Part shown: positions 27,075 to 36,636 of the stretch, piece after piece
Layout: each line of letters starts with the position of its first letter
How positions within the stretch are numbered: the stretch's first letter is position 1
Origin: a virus
Lineage: Duplodnaviria; Caudoviricetes
DNA: 64,000 bases
Strand: one strand, 5' to 3'
Virus record (IMG/VR): IMGVR_UViG_3300029288_000063
Coordinates: 128,001-192,000 of that record
Made by a program: the position numbers and the translations under genes
The notes under the pieces: model-generated
What the model saw: the letters and a program-made list of their open reading frames with translations, nothing else
Databases searched by the model: none
What the model was told of the DNA's origin: nothing

Positions 27075-27972
27075 AAGGGCTGAAAAACTGTTGCTGATTG
27101 ACGGCAACAATCTCGCCTTTCGTGTTGCGTGGTCGCACCGCGACTTGTCGTATCAAGGTACGCCTGTCGCGGTGCTTTTTGGCTTCTTCAAAAGCCTGAT
27201 TCGCTTCAAGCGTGACTTTCAAGACTACTTCACCATTGTTGTCTGGGATGCCGGGCATGACCGACGCGACCAAGAATCGTTGCGCGGCGTGCAGGAAGGC
27301 ATTATTGATTCGGCGTATAAGGCGAATCGTCACAAGGAAGAAGAGCTGCCGCCAGAGGTGCAGAGCGTTTTAGACCAGATTTCGCAGCTTCGAGAAGAGG
27401 CGTTGCCGTTGGTGAAAGTATTGCAGGCTGAGGTTGCGGGTTGTGAAGCCGACGATGTGATTTACACCTATGCGATGAATAATATCGCCGCCGGTGGACA
27501 GACTACCATTGTGACGTCTGACAAGGACTACTACCAGTTGCTTGGTAAGGGTGTTTCCCTTTATGACGCCATGAAGGACGAAATTTGGAACCGGAAAAAG
27601 TTCGTAGAGGAGTTCGGTTTTGAACCCGAGTTGTGGGTCGACGCAGGTGCCCTGATGGGTGATAAGGGTGACAACATTCACGGGGTTCCCGGTGTTGGTC
27701 AAGTGAACGCCTGTAAGTTGATTCGTGAGTTCGGCACCTATGAAAAGGTGTTGGAGGGTCTGAAGGGGAGAACGAAGCGTGGTAAACGTGAGGAAGACAT
27801 CCTCAAGCATGAAGCCCGTGTTCGGCTGGCGTATTCCCTTAAAAAAATGGACTTGGTTCCGTTTATCCCGCGCCTGAGGTATCATGGGGTGTATGATGAG
27901 GAAAAGGTGTCCGAGCTGTTTTTGCGGTTTCGGTTTGTCAGTTTGATGAAAGACATCAAGTATTTGATTTAG
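27064..27972 (+). CDS. 5'-3' exonuclease/flap endonuclease (PolI N-terminal-like)
   Basis: IDGNN, YKANR, EADD, SDKD, GDKGDNIHGVPGVG. Confidence 0.93.
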   Translation: MTHERAEKLLLIDGNNLAFRVAWSHRDLSYQGTPVAVLFGFFKSLIRFKRDFQDYFTIVVWDAGHDRRDQESLRGVQEGIIDSAYKANRHKEEELPPEVQSVLDQISQLREEALPLVKVLQAEVAGCEADDVIYTYAMNNIAAGGQTTIVTSDKDYYQLLGKGVSLYDAMKDEIWNRKKFVEEFGFEPELWVDAGALMGDKGDNIHGVPGVGQVNACKLIREFGTYEKVLEGLKGRTKRGKREEDILKHEARVRLAYSLKKMDLVPFIPRLRYHGVYDEEKVSELFLRFRFVSLMKDIKYLI

Positions 27973-27981
27973 GGGAACAGG

Positions 27982-28539
27982 ATGAAGTTGAGGATTGGAA
28001 TTGTTGGGAGTGCCGGGACTGGGAAGTCGTCGTTAGGGATGATGCTGGCGAAAGAATTGGGTATTCCCTTTTTGCCGTCAAAGTCGATTACGACTGATAT
28101 TCTGAATCGGGATGGGTATGACCATAGTTGTGGCATTCAGGTTGAGAAGTTCCTTGCCCAAGAGGGCAGGCAGGATTCTATCCTTAAGCGTACCGTTGCT
28201 GATCAGAAGTCGTCAGATTCGTTTGTCACAGATAGGACGGTTGTGGATTTGGCGGCGTATGCGATTGCCGAGCTTCATTCCTCGGATACCAAGAAAGTCA
28301 ACTCGATAGTCGAGAATTGCAGGGCAAATATCGGACTCTATTCCCATATTGTTGTTTGCCCGTGGGGGAAAGTCCCGCTCAAAGCGAATGCTCGTCGGAC
28401 GCTCAACCCGTGGTATCAGTTCATCATTCATGGCTTGGATTTGGCTCTGATGAACATGTGGGGTGTGCAGTTTTATATCTTGTCGTCTGATTCGGAAAAA
28501 GAACGTGTTGCAGAGGTTGTGAAGTTTTTGGGGAAATAA
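27982..28539 (+). CDS. P-loop kinase/ATPase (AAA_28/nucleotide kinase-like)
   Basis: GSAGTGKSS, FVTDRT..D. Confidence 0.8.
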   Translation: MKLRIGIVGSAGTGKSSLGMMLAKELGIPFLPSKSITTDILNRDGYDHSCGIQVEKFLAQEGRQDSILKRTVADQKSSDSFVTDRTVVDLAAYAIAELHSSDTKKVNSIVENCRANIGLYSHIVVCPWGKVPLKANARRTLNPWYQFIIHGLDLALMNMWGVQFYILSSDSEKERVAEVVKFLGK

Positions 28540-28570
28540 TTCCTGTTTTTTTTATAATGGCAAACATGTA

Positions 28571-28744
28571 ATGGTTGCCGAGGATTTCATGATGTCTGCA
28601 CAGCCTTTAAGAATGCGCCGGGATTACGGCGAAGTTGAACCAAAGAAGACTTTGTGTGAAGACCAGTATTGTAAACGAATAAATCGACATGCGGTTGTTC
28701 GTGAGTTGGTTGCTGTTGCGAGGTTTTTAAGTTCTGCGAAATAA
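28571..28744 (+). CDS. small protein with VVRELVAVARFL motif (not in the ORF track)
   Basis: 57-aa ORF translated by hand; motif shared with genes at 60.7-63.7 kb. Confidence 0.5.
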   Translation: MVAEDFMMSAQPLRMRRDYGEVEPKKTLCEDQYCKRINRHAVVRELVAVARFLSSAK

Positions 28745-28762
28745 ACGAGTTATTGAAAACAC

Positions 28763-28796
28763 ACTCCCAGATAAATCTGGGAGTATGTTTTTTTTT
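28763..28796 (+). terminator. intrinsic terminator
   Basis: ACTCCCAGAT/ATCTGGGAGT inverted repeat plus T-run. Confidence 0.7.
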
Positions 28797-28836
28797 ATAG
28801 TTGTTGTTTTGTAGGTTGCTGCTTTGGAGGATAAAG

Positions 28837-29169
28837 ATGGCGAACGAATTGATAACTTGGCGTCACCAGCCACAAGACCGGCGTCCGGAGACATATCCGG
28901 GTCGTACGGATGTTCCGTCTGTTCAGTTGAACGACCACAAGACCTTTCGGGTGTATGTTGGTGTTCCCGCTGTTGATGCGAATGAGGAAATCACACGCTA
29001 CCCGCGCACCGCGAAGTTGGGACGCCTGACGGTGAACGACCAAGTCCAACCAGAACCGATTCTTGGTGATACCGTTGAAATTGATGGAAATCAGCCAGAG
29101 CTGCCCGGCGCGAAGTACGAAATTACAGAAACAACCCTTCGCCCAGATTGGCCAAGTTTGGAAAAATAA
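28837..29169 (+). CDS. hypothetical protein, possibly structural
   Basis: GGAGG RBS; preceded by T9-ATA. Confidence 0.7.
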   Translation: MANELITWRHQPQDRRPETYPGRTDVPSVQLNDHKTFRVYVGVPAVDANEEITRYPRTAKLGRLTVNDQVQPEPILGDTVEIDGNQPELPGAKYEITETTLRPDWPSLEK

Positions 29170-29241
29170 TTTTTTTCTTAGAATCAGAGTTTCCAAATTC
29201 GACCTTGTGTGTATATTAAGGTCATATTTGGAGACCAAACG

Positions 29242-30162
29242 ATGTCGAAATTTTTGTTTTATACCGATTTGCATCTGTCGAATATTCCTCCCCGTCATCG
29301 TAAAGACGATTTCGGTCGCACAATCCTATCGAAGCTCGCCGAGGTTTATGACATCGGCAAACGCAACAATGTTGATTTCGCTGTGTTTGGTGGCGACTTC
29401 TTCGATGTGCATCGCATTTACAGCTACGAGTTGATTTCTGAAGCCGTGAACATCATTTCTGATTCCGGCTTTGAAACGTATGCTATTATTGGTCAACATG
29501 ACCTCAAGGGTTACAATTTGGGGACGTATTCAACGTCTGTGTTGGCGTTCCTTGAGAATCATTGTAAAAACTGGCACACAATGTACGATGAGACGGAGGT
29601 TGGTGATGTCGTCCTGTGTCCGTGCCATGCGAATGGTGATATAAACGAAGCGATGTCGAGAAAGATTGCTTCCTCAAAAGTTCCTGTTTTGGTTGCCCAT
29701 CTGCTTCTCCACGACACGAAAGCAATGTTTGATGTAATTCCCACAAGTTCAGTGGCTCATGGCCCGTATGTATTGGTATTGTCGGGCGACCTGCATTGTG
29801 GGTTCGAAGCCCACATGCACGAAGGAACTGTGTTCTGCAATCCGGGTTCTATGGCGCGGCGCACGGTTGCCGATAATCGTCCGGTTCAATGTTTGGTTGT
29901 TGATGTGACACCGCAGCGTGATGTTTCCGTGGAGACCATCGAGGTGTCGTGTGTAAAGCCTTTTGCGGACGTGTTTGATGAGTCATTTGTTGCAACTGTA
30001 AAATCTACAGCCTCGATGGATGCGTCGAGGTTTGTTGATGGTATTTTGGAAATTGAAATGGAATCAGTCGATGTCTTTGAGTTGGTGGAAAAAATAGGAC
30101 GACAAAAAGGAGTGAGGCGTGAAGTATTAGAGTTCATAAGTTCAAAACGTTGTGATACTTAA
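29242..30162 (+). CDS. sbcD: SbcD/Mre11-like metallophosphoesterase nuclease
   Basis: TDLH, GGDFFD, GQHD, VAH, GDLH, NPGS. Confidence 0.88.
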   Translation: MSKFLFYTDLHLSNIPPRHRKDDFGRTILSKLAEVYDIGKRNNVDFAVFGGDFFDVHRIYSYELISEAVNIISDSGFETYAIIGQHDLKGYNLGTYSTSVLAFLENHCKNWHTMYDETEVGDVVLCPCHANGDINEAMSRKIASSKVPVLVAHLLLHDTKAMFDVIPTSSVAHGPYVLVLSGDLHCGFEAHMHEGTVFCNPGSMARRTVADNRPVQCLVVDVTPQRDVSVETIEVSCVKPFADVFDESFVATVKSTASMDASRFVDGILEIEMESVDVFELVEKIGRQKGVRREVLEFISSKRCDT

Positions 30163-30202
30163 ATTCCATCTGGTTGTACGTTTATGTACGGAGGACAATG
30201 CG

Positions 30203-31408
30203 ATGAGTAAGGAAGAACGTGAGTTGATGGGTTCGTTTGGTGAAATGCCCGCGTTGAAGAAGGCGCGTAAGATTGAAGGTGCGACGGCTGTTTCCGAGCC
30301 GCAGAAGAAAGCTCGCGTGGCAAAGGAAGAAGTTCCGACGCCGAAGGATGCCCCGAAGGAGGCGGCACCGAAGAAGGATGTTCCCACCCTCAAGAAGCTT
30401 GCGAAGAAGCCGTTGACTGAGCGTGAGCGGTTCGTGCGTTTGCTCTTGAAGCGTGCAGGTCTGTCCGAGCTGCCGAAGCTTGAGTCGATGTTCGACAAGG
30501 ACGCCGGAAACGCGACGAAGAAGGTGAAGGACATTGCCATCTTCATCCAGAAGGGTGAAGGTATGTTGGAGGATGTTTCCAAGGAATGCCCGCACAAGAA
30601 CGTCGTCAACCTCAGTTCGGAGGTTTTGTTTCGTCAGGTGAAGTCTGTGGCGATGGATGTTTTCCACTCCAAGCGTTTCTATCACGTTATTGAGGTTTCA
30701 AACGTTACGGATGCGCCTGAGGGCGTTCACCCCCTGCAATGTGTGAGCGGTCGTCACCGTCTTGCGTTGATTGCGCTTCTTTGGGGTTCGGACGCTGAGG
30801 TTCCAGTTCGCCTGACATCTCGCTCCATGTGTGAGTGTCGCGATTCGGTTGTGTTCGCGAACAAGTCGCGTGCGACGTCGTCTGTCGAAAAGGCGGACCT
30901 TGTCATGGTTCAGGCCGTGAATGGCGATACTGCTGCGAAGCCTGATGAGGTTTACGAGAAGGTTGTTCGCACCAAGACATCGGCAGTTGATTTTGCGTTC
31001 CACCGCGCAATCCACAACCACATCTATGGCTTCAAGTTCGAGTTTGATGTGTCGATGCGGTCGACCATTGATGATTGTATGACGATGGCGAATTCGATTA
31101 AGGGCTTCCTGAAGTCCGTTGTGACTTGGGAGCCTTCGATGACTCGCATCCAGCTCGATACCGCCGTCAAGGACGCCTTGAAGTGGCTGAACGCTCTGGC
31201 GAAGGAGTTTAACCAGACTAAGGGTTTCGTCAAGGAGCAGCAGATGGCGCAGCATCCTCTGATTGCGTATGGTGATATCTATCGTTCCAATCTGGTTGCC
31301 GGGAAAGACCCGATGGAAATTATCCCGGCGCTCGTCAAGAAGGCTGTATCGCTTGGCGACATCGGTCGCGAGAAGACGGTCAAACTGGTCAACATGCTGA
31401 CCCGCTGA
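30203..31408 (+). CDS. ParB-N/Srx-like domain protein
   Basis: SGRHRL.A, VPV, AN.SR; paralog at 56747. Confidence 0.6.
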   Translation: MSKEERELMGSFGEMPALKKARKIEGATAVSEPQKKARVAKEEVPTPKDAPKEAAPKKDVPTLKKLAKKPLTERERFVRLLLKRAGLSELPKLESMFDKDAGNATKKVKDIAIFIQKGEGMLEDVSKECPHKNVVNLSSEVLFRQVKSVAMDVFHSKRFYHVIEVSNVTDAPEGVHPLQCVSGRHRLALIALLWGSDAEVPVRLTSRSMCECRDSVVFANKSRATSSVEKADLVMVQAVNGDTAAKPDEVYEKVVRTKTSAVDFAFHRAIHNHIYGFKFEFDVSMRSTIDDCMTMANSIKGFLKSVVTWEPSMTRIQLDTAVKDALKWLNALAKEFNQTKGFVKEQQMAQHPLIAYGDIYRSNLVAGKDPMEIIPALVKKAVSLGDIGREKTVKLVNMLTR

Positions 31409-31433
31409 TTGCGCTTGTGTTCTTCATTCTTCG

Positions 31434-31470
31434 TATGGGCGGCTCCTGTGTGGGGTCGCCCATATTTTGT
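31434..31470 (+). terminator. intrinsic terminator
   Basis: TATGGGCGGCTCC/GGGGTCGCCCATA plus TTTT. Confidence 0.75.
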
Positions 31471-31530
31471 TTCCTGATGATTGTGTTGGGGTGTGTATAA
31501 TCATTCAAACATATTTTGGAGGTTGTGGAT

Positions 31531-34500
31531 ATGAGTTTGGATGAACTTTATAAGTCGGAAAAGATTCCGTCTGAACACAAGCTGAAAATCGTAAAAAATG
31601 TTGTCCTTGTTACTCCCTCGAAAGACTTTGATGTGTCGCCCCTGTTGCCTGTTCTTGGTTTGGATAGGCGAGAGGTCTGTGTGACATATGTCGGAAAAAC
31701 AGAAGACCCGGCGTTCCTTTTCCGTGAGCTGCAAGCGATTGATGCCAAACTTGTTATAAGTGTTGGAGAGTCCGGCTCGCGCCGGTATCCTGCATTCATA
31801 TCGGAAGATGGTACGTCTATGTCGCCCGGCTTGTTGGCGTCTGTGCGTGATGCCGTTAGTGCGGATTGGTTTGTCAACCTGCACCACCACGACGAGTTCT
31901 CAGTACGTGACGGTTTGGGGACGGTTTACGGTCTTATGAAGTTGCTGAAAGCGCGTGGGAGCAATTTCTGTGTCGTGACGAACCACGGACACCTTGGTGG
32001 GTGGATTCGGCAGCACAGTGTTTGCAAAAAAGAGGGCGTGAAAGCAATCTACGGTGTCGAGGCGTATGTCAACGACTTCCGTGGTTCCGAGGAAGCGGAG
32101 GACATCGAGGCGATGCGTGAAAAACTTCGTGGACTTGTCGCCTCAAAGAAGGAGCTGAAGGTTCCGAAATTTGAAAAGCCGGAAAAGGTCGTAAAAGCTG
32201 CCAAACTCAAGGTCTCCAAGGAAGAAAAGGCGGCGATGTCGAAAGAGGAATATGCCGCCCGCAAAACCGTGGTGGAAGAGCACAATGCGCAGGTAGAAGC
32301 GGAATATGCGTCGGCGTGCGCGGCTCGTGATGCAGTGCTGGAAGAACAGGCGAAGGCGAAGTTGTCGGCGAAAGAAAGCAAGGACGCGGTTGCCCAAGAA
32401 GAATCGGAGCTTCGTGAACAGATTAAGCGTCGCGAAGAGGAACACAAGGCGACATTGCAGGCGAACAAGAAAAATAACCACCTCGTCCTGTTGGCGCGGA
32501 CCGAAGAGGGGTTTTACAACATCATTAAGCTGTCCAATGACGCGTCTGTGAACGGGTTCTATTATCGCCCGCGTATGACCCACGAAGCGTTGAAGAAATG
32601 GGGTAAGGGTATTATCGCTTCGTCAGCCTGCTATGCTGGTGAGATTCCCGCACTGTTGCTGGAAGGTAAGGATGAAGAGGCGAAAGCCCTGTATGAGTTC
32701 TACAAGGGCTGTTTCGACGAGTTCTATATCGAATTGACCATGATTGAAATGTCTGACCAAGTGGAGCTGAATAAGAAGCTTCTCTTGTTTGCGAAGTCTG
32801 TCGGTGCGAAAGTCATCCTGTCGTGCGACTCCCACTACCTTTTGCGGGAGCACGCAGACACGCATGACCTGTTGTTGCTTATCCGCGATGGTAAGACGAA
32901 GAAAGACCTGTTGGAGCGTCCGGAGGAGGTGTGGCAGTTTGAGGCACGGAACCTGTTCCATAGGAATTATGAGGAAATGAAAGAGTTGTGGTCGGAAGGG
33001 TTCACCGATAAGTCGGGCGTCCATCACAGCTATAAGGATGATGTTTTTACCGAAGAGGTGTTTGAGGCGGCGTGCGCGAATACTCGCGAGATTGCTCTGT
33101 CGTGTTCGGACATCAAGCTTGATTCGACTCTGAAGCTTCCGGTTCTGTACGACGATGGTCCGGCTATGCTGAAGAAAAAGGTTCAGGATGGTTTCCGTGA
33201 GCGTGGGTTGCGTGGTAAGGGGTATGTGGACCGTTTGAACCATGAGCTTGATGTTATCATCAAAAAGGGCTATGCGGACTATTTCCTCACGATGGACAAG
33301 ATCATCCGTGACACGATTGAGCGTCATGGTGTGAATGCGATAGGTTGGGGTCGTGGTTCAGCATCGGGCAGTCTTGTGTCGTTCTGTTTGGGGCTGACGG
33401 ACTTGGACCCATTGAAATATGGATTGCTGTTCGAACGGTTTTTGGACGAGTCGCGTTCAGACCCGCCGGATATTGATACTGACTTTGACTCCCGTATTCG
33501 TGAGCAGGTGAAGGAACGTATCGTAGAAATGTTTGGAGAGGCGCATACGTGTTCTATCGGCACCTACCAGACCTATAAGACCCGTGCGGTCGTGATTGAT
33601 GTTGCGCGGGCGTTGGGTTTGGATGTTTGGGAGGCGATGGAGGTAACGAAGAAGATGGACGCGTTGGCAACATTCGATGTTGAGTCGGATGATGGCGACA
33701 CGGAGGAAATGTCAATCGACAGTATGTCGTTTGAGGAGATTTGCAAGCACTATCCTGATTTGGAACTGTATTTCGAGCGTTACCCGGAAGTATTGCAGCA
33801 TTCCGAGGTATTGCGCAATCAGGTGAAGAATATGGGGCAGCACGCCGGTGGCGTAATTATCTCCAACCTGAATCTGCAAGACAAGATTCCGGTCATCAAG
33901 ACAAAGCACGGTGTTGTGTCTACTTGGGTTGAGGGTCAGGCGACTCACGAGCTTTCGGAAGTTGGCTTGGTGAAGTTTGATATTCTTGGCTTGAATCACC
34001 TTCCGGTTATTGATGACACCCTGAAACTTCTCCGGGAGAATCGTGGTATTGACATGAACCGCCGGGACATACCGATTAACGACCACGAGGCAATCAAGGT
34101 TGGTTCGCATGACGACATGATTGGCATCTTCCAGTTGGATTCCCCGCAGACCAAGCCGGTGGCGGACGCGGTTGGTATGGACTCAATTTTTGACCTGTCT
34201 GCCGTCACGTCGTTGATTCGCCCCGGCCCGAAGGATATGGGTATGCACATGACGTATGCCAAGCGCAAGCATGGCGAGCCGTACGATATGCCCGATTTTC
34301 TGCGTGAGCAGTTGGCGGAGACGTATGGTGTCCTGACGTACCAAGAGGATGCGATGCGTACGTCGCAGGTGTTGTCGTATTTCACCCCGGCGGAGTCGAA
34401 CCTTCTCCGCAAGGCTATCGGCAAGAAGATTCCCGAGCTGATGGCGGAGATGAAGGCGAAGTTTATCGCCGGTGCGAAGCCACGTATCGACAGGGGAGAG

Positions 34501-35457
34501 ATTACAGAGGAAGAGGTTGTAAAGATTTTCGACCTGATTGAATCGTTCGCCGGGTACGGCTTCAACCGTGCGCACGCCATGTGTTACTCGGCTGTGTCGG
34601 CTGCCGAGTTCTGGTTGAAGTATAACTACCCGACCGAATACATGGTTGCACTGTTGAATAACACCAAGATGGGCAAGGTGACCCGTGATGGTCGTCAGTA
34701 CATCGTGGTTTACCTGAATTATGCCCGCAGGAAGGGAATCAAGGTTTATCCGGTTGACATCAACGCCAGCAAGGTTGGGTTTTCTATTGAGAAACGTTGT
34801 ATTCGCTTTTCGATGTCGCACGTCAAGCAGGTTGGTTCGGCGGCTGAGTTGGTTGTTGCCGGGCAGCCGTATAAGGACATGGAAGACTTTGTCAGTCGTG
34901 ATTTCAAGTCCAAGGTGAATAAGCGTGTTGTGGAGCATCTGATTTTTGCCGGTGCGTTTGATTCTTTCTATCCGATGCTTGATGATATCCCGTCGAAGCG
35001 CATGCAGGCGTTTGTTGATTATTTCCGCCTGTCCGGCGGGAAATACGACCCGCCAGCAATTGTGTCCGAGCGCGAGTGGGCGGATAAGGAAAAAGAGGTT
35101 ACTCTGTTTTCGTTGTCCTGCAAACCGCTTATTGACAAATATCGTGAAACCATCAATGAACGGAAGTGGAGTTCTATTGGTAACGAGGGGCGTCGAGAAA
35201 AGTGTTTCGTGTTCGGGCGGGTAGAGTCGATAACGCCGAGGACGTCAAAGTCGGGGAATCCGATGTTCATTGTGAAGTTGTCCGACGACATCGACGAGAT
35301 GGAGTTCTATGTCTTTGACCGGGCACGGAAACAATTCCAGCGTGACGCGAAGATGGGGTGCGTGGTCGCTATCCCTATGAATCGCTTCGAGGATGGTGGG
35401 AAGCGATTCTTTGATTCGTCCAAAGACATCGAGGTTTTGGAAAAGGTTGGTGGTTGA
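31531..35457 (+). CDS. dnaE: DNA polymerase III alpha subunit with N-terminal extension and PHP-domain insertion
   Basis: PHP (LHHH..FS..DG, HLVLLA, DSHY), GRGSA, PDIDTDF, KFDILGL, YGFNRAH. Confidence 0.96.
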   Translation: MSLDELYKSEKIPSEHKLKIVKNVVLVTPSKDFDVSPLLPVLGLDRREVCVTYVGKTEDPAFLFRELQAIDAKLVISVGESGSRRYPAFISEDGTSMSPGLLASVRDAVSADWFVNLHHHDEFSVRDGLGTVYGLMKLLKARGSNFCVVTNHGHLGGWIRQHSVCKKEGVKAIYGVEAYVNDFRGSEEAEDIEAMREKLRGLVASKKELKVPKFEKPEKVVKAAKLKVSKEEKAAMSKEEYAARKTVVEEHNAQVEAEYASACAARDAVLEEQAKAKLSAKESKDAVAQEESELREQIKRREEEHKATLQANKKNNHLVLLARTEEGFYNIIKLSNDASVNGFYYRPRMTHEALKKWGKGIIASSACYAGEIPALLLEGKDEEAKALYEFYKGCFDEFYIELTMIEMSDQVELNKKLLLFAKSVGAKVILSCDSHYLLREHADTHDLLLLIRDGKTKKDLLERPEEVWQFEARNLFHRNYEEMKELWSEGFTDKSGVHHSYKDDVFTEEVFEAACANTREIALSCSDIKLDSTLKLPVLYDDGPAMLKKKVQDGFRERGLRGKGYVDRLNHELDVIIKKGYADYFLTMDKIIRDTIERHGVNAIGWGRGSASGSLVSFCLGLTDLDPLKYGLLFERFLDESRSDPPDIDTDFDSRIREQVKERIVEMFGEAHTCSIGTYQTYKTRAVVIDVARALGLDVWEAMEVTKKMDALATFDVESDDGDTEEMSIDSMSFEEICKHYPDLELYFERYPEVLQHSEVLRNQVKNMGQHAGGVIISNLNLQDKIPVIKTKHGVVSTWVEGQATHELSEVGLVKFDILGLNHLPVIDDTLKLLRENRGIDMNRRDIPINDHEAIKVGSHDDMIGIFQLDSPQTKPVADAVGMDSIFDLSAVTSLIRPGPKDMGMHMTYAKRKHGEPYDMPDFLREQLAETYGVLTYQEDAMRTSQVLSYFTPAESNLLRKAIGKKIPELMAEMKAKFIAGAKPRIDRGEITEEEVVKIFDLIESFAGYGFNRAHAMCYSAVSAAEFWLKYNYPTEYMVALLNNTKMGKVTRDGRQYIVVYLNYARRKGIKVYPVDINASKVGFSIEKRCIRFSMSHVKQVGSAAELVVAGQPYKDMEDFVSRDFKSKVNKRVVEHLIFAGAFDSFYPMLDDIPSKRMQAFVDYFRLSGGKYDPPAIVSEREWADKEKEVTLFSLSCKPLIDKYRETINERKWSSIGNEGRREKCFVFGRVESITPRTSKSGNPMFIVKLSDDIDEMEFYVFDRARKQFQRDAKMGCVVAIPMNRFEDGGKRFFDSSKDIEVLEKVGG

Positions 35458-35458
35458 T

Positions 35459-35851
35459 ATGAGCGTTCGTTTGGTTTGCATCGAGCGGGCGTGTCCGTCT
35501 GTTCCACCTGTATTGACGAATCCGTTTGTTGTGACGCCTGTGGTGGATGTTTGTATTCCGAATGGTATCCCGATCCCCGTGCGGACCGGGGTCCGGTTTC
35601 AGGTCACAAGTGGTTGGTTGATATCGGCGGAGTCGGTCAAGAATGGGCCGATTGTTTTTGGCGCGTCGTTGTATGAGGGTGAGTTGGTTGTGTTTTGTTC
35701 TGCCCCCATGAATAAGGTCAATTATCTGCACACGTCCGTCACACCGTTAGCACGAATCTTTCTTGGTGCAATATGTCCAGAGCATATTCGTTTTGTCGAT
35801 AACTCCTCAAAATACGTTAAAAAAGCGAGTGCCAACAGCAATCCACTTTGA
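35459..35851 (+). CDS. hypothetical protein, possibly a degenerate dUTPase fold
   Basis: V.TG, Y.GEL.V, LA.I remnants; catalytic motifs absent. Confidence 0.45.
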   Translation: MSVRLVCIERACPSVPPVLTNPFVVTPVVDVCIPNGIPIPVRTGVRFQVTSGWLISAESVKNGPIVFGASLYEGELVVFCSAPMNKVNYLHTSVTPLARIFLGAICPEHIRFVDNSSKYVKKASANSNPL

Positions 35852-35923
35852 AAAACGTGTTGTTTTTTCAACAAAATCCTGTATAATAGTGTTGTTTAAG
35901 TTGTTTCCACGATAAAGGCTTAG

Positions 35924-36625
35924 GTGAAGATTTGTTTGGGAATGGTTTTTATGGTTTCGTATAATCCTTCGGATTGCCTTGATGGTCTATATTCTAGCTT
36001 TCCATTGGTCGATGTTAGTTGCTTTGTTGGCAGGTGTCGTGATTTCGCGGTATCGTGTTCAAACAATTATGGGTTAAGAAATCAGTCCAGTTTGTGTCGT
36101 ATTGAAGACCAAGTGTGCTTTGGAAAGCTTGGTGAATTTGTTGCGTATAAATCTTTGTGCGGATTCGTTAATGATTTGTCTGAACCGGACTTATCTGTTT
36201 TCGGTGTCAATGAAAAATCTTTCGAATGGGATTTATTTGGTGGTGGGTGTAATTTTGCAGTAAAATCGTTTGACGTTCAGTCTTCCAACCCGGTGTCGTG
36301 GACATTTCAGTATTCTGATATGGGTGGATTTGGTCGTGATGATGTTATTTTTGATACGGTTCACACTACTCACGACTACGTGGTCTTTGTTGTTTTGGGT
36401 TCAACGTTGAACAAAGGGAGGATTTGTTCTGTTGTCCCGTTACAGGTTATCGACAACATGACTGGATATGATTTTGTTTCCTCTCACGGATGGGATATAT
36501 TTGAACGTCCCAAGAAGGCAGATTTGATTGGTATTAAAAAATGCATTTACTGGAGAAGATTGATAGATTTGTGTTTGGTTCCCAGTCTATATAAGGGTTC
36601 TGATAAAATTTGTCGTGGCGCATAA
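35924..36625 (+). CDS. PD-(D/E)XK-like nuclease (start uncertain)
   Basis: GKLGE, PD, WDL....VKS; AT-richer than flanks. Confidence 0.55.
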   Translation: MKICLGMVFMVSYNPSDCLDGLYSSFPLVDVSCFVGRCRDFAVSCSNNYGLRNQSSLCRIEDQVCFGKLGEFVAYKSLCGFVNDLSEPDLSVFGVNEKSFEWDLFGGGCNFAVKSFDVQSSNPVSWTFQYSDMGGFGRDDVIFDTVHTTHDYVVFVVLGSTLNKGRICSVVPLQVIDNMTGYDFVSSHGWDIFERPKKADLIGIKKCIYWRRLIDLCLVPSLYKGSDKICRGA

Positions 36626-36636
36626 AGGGGTCTGTT

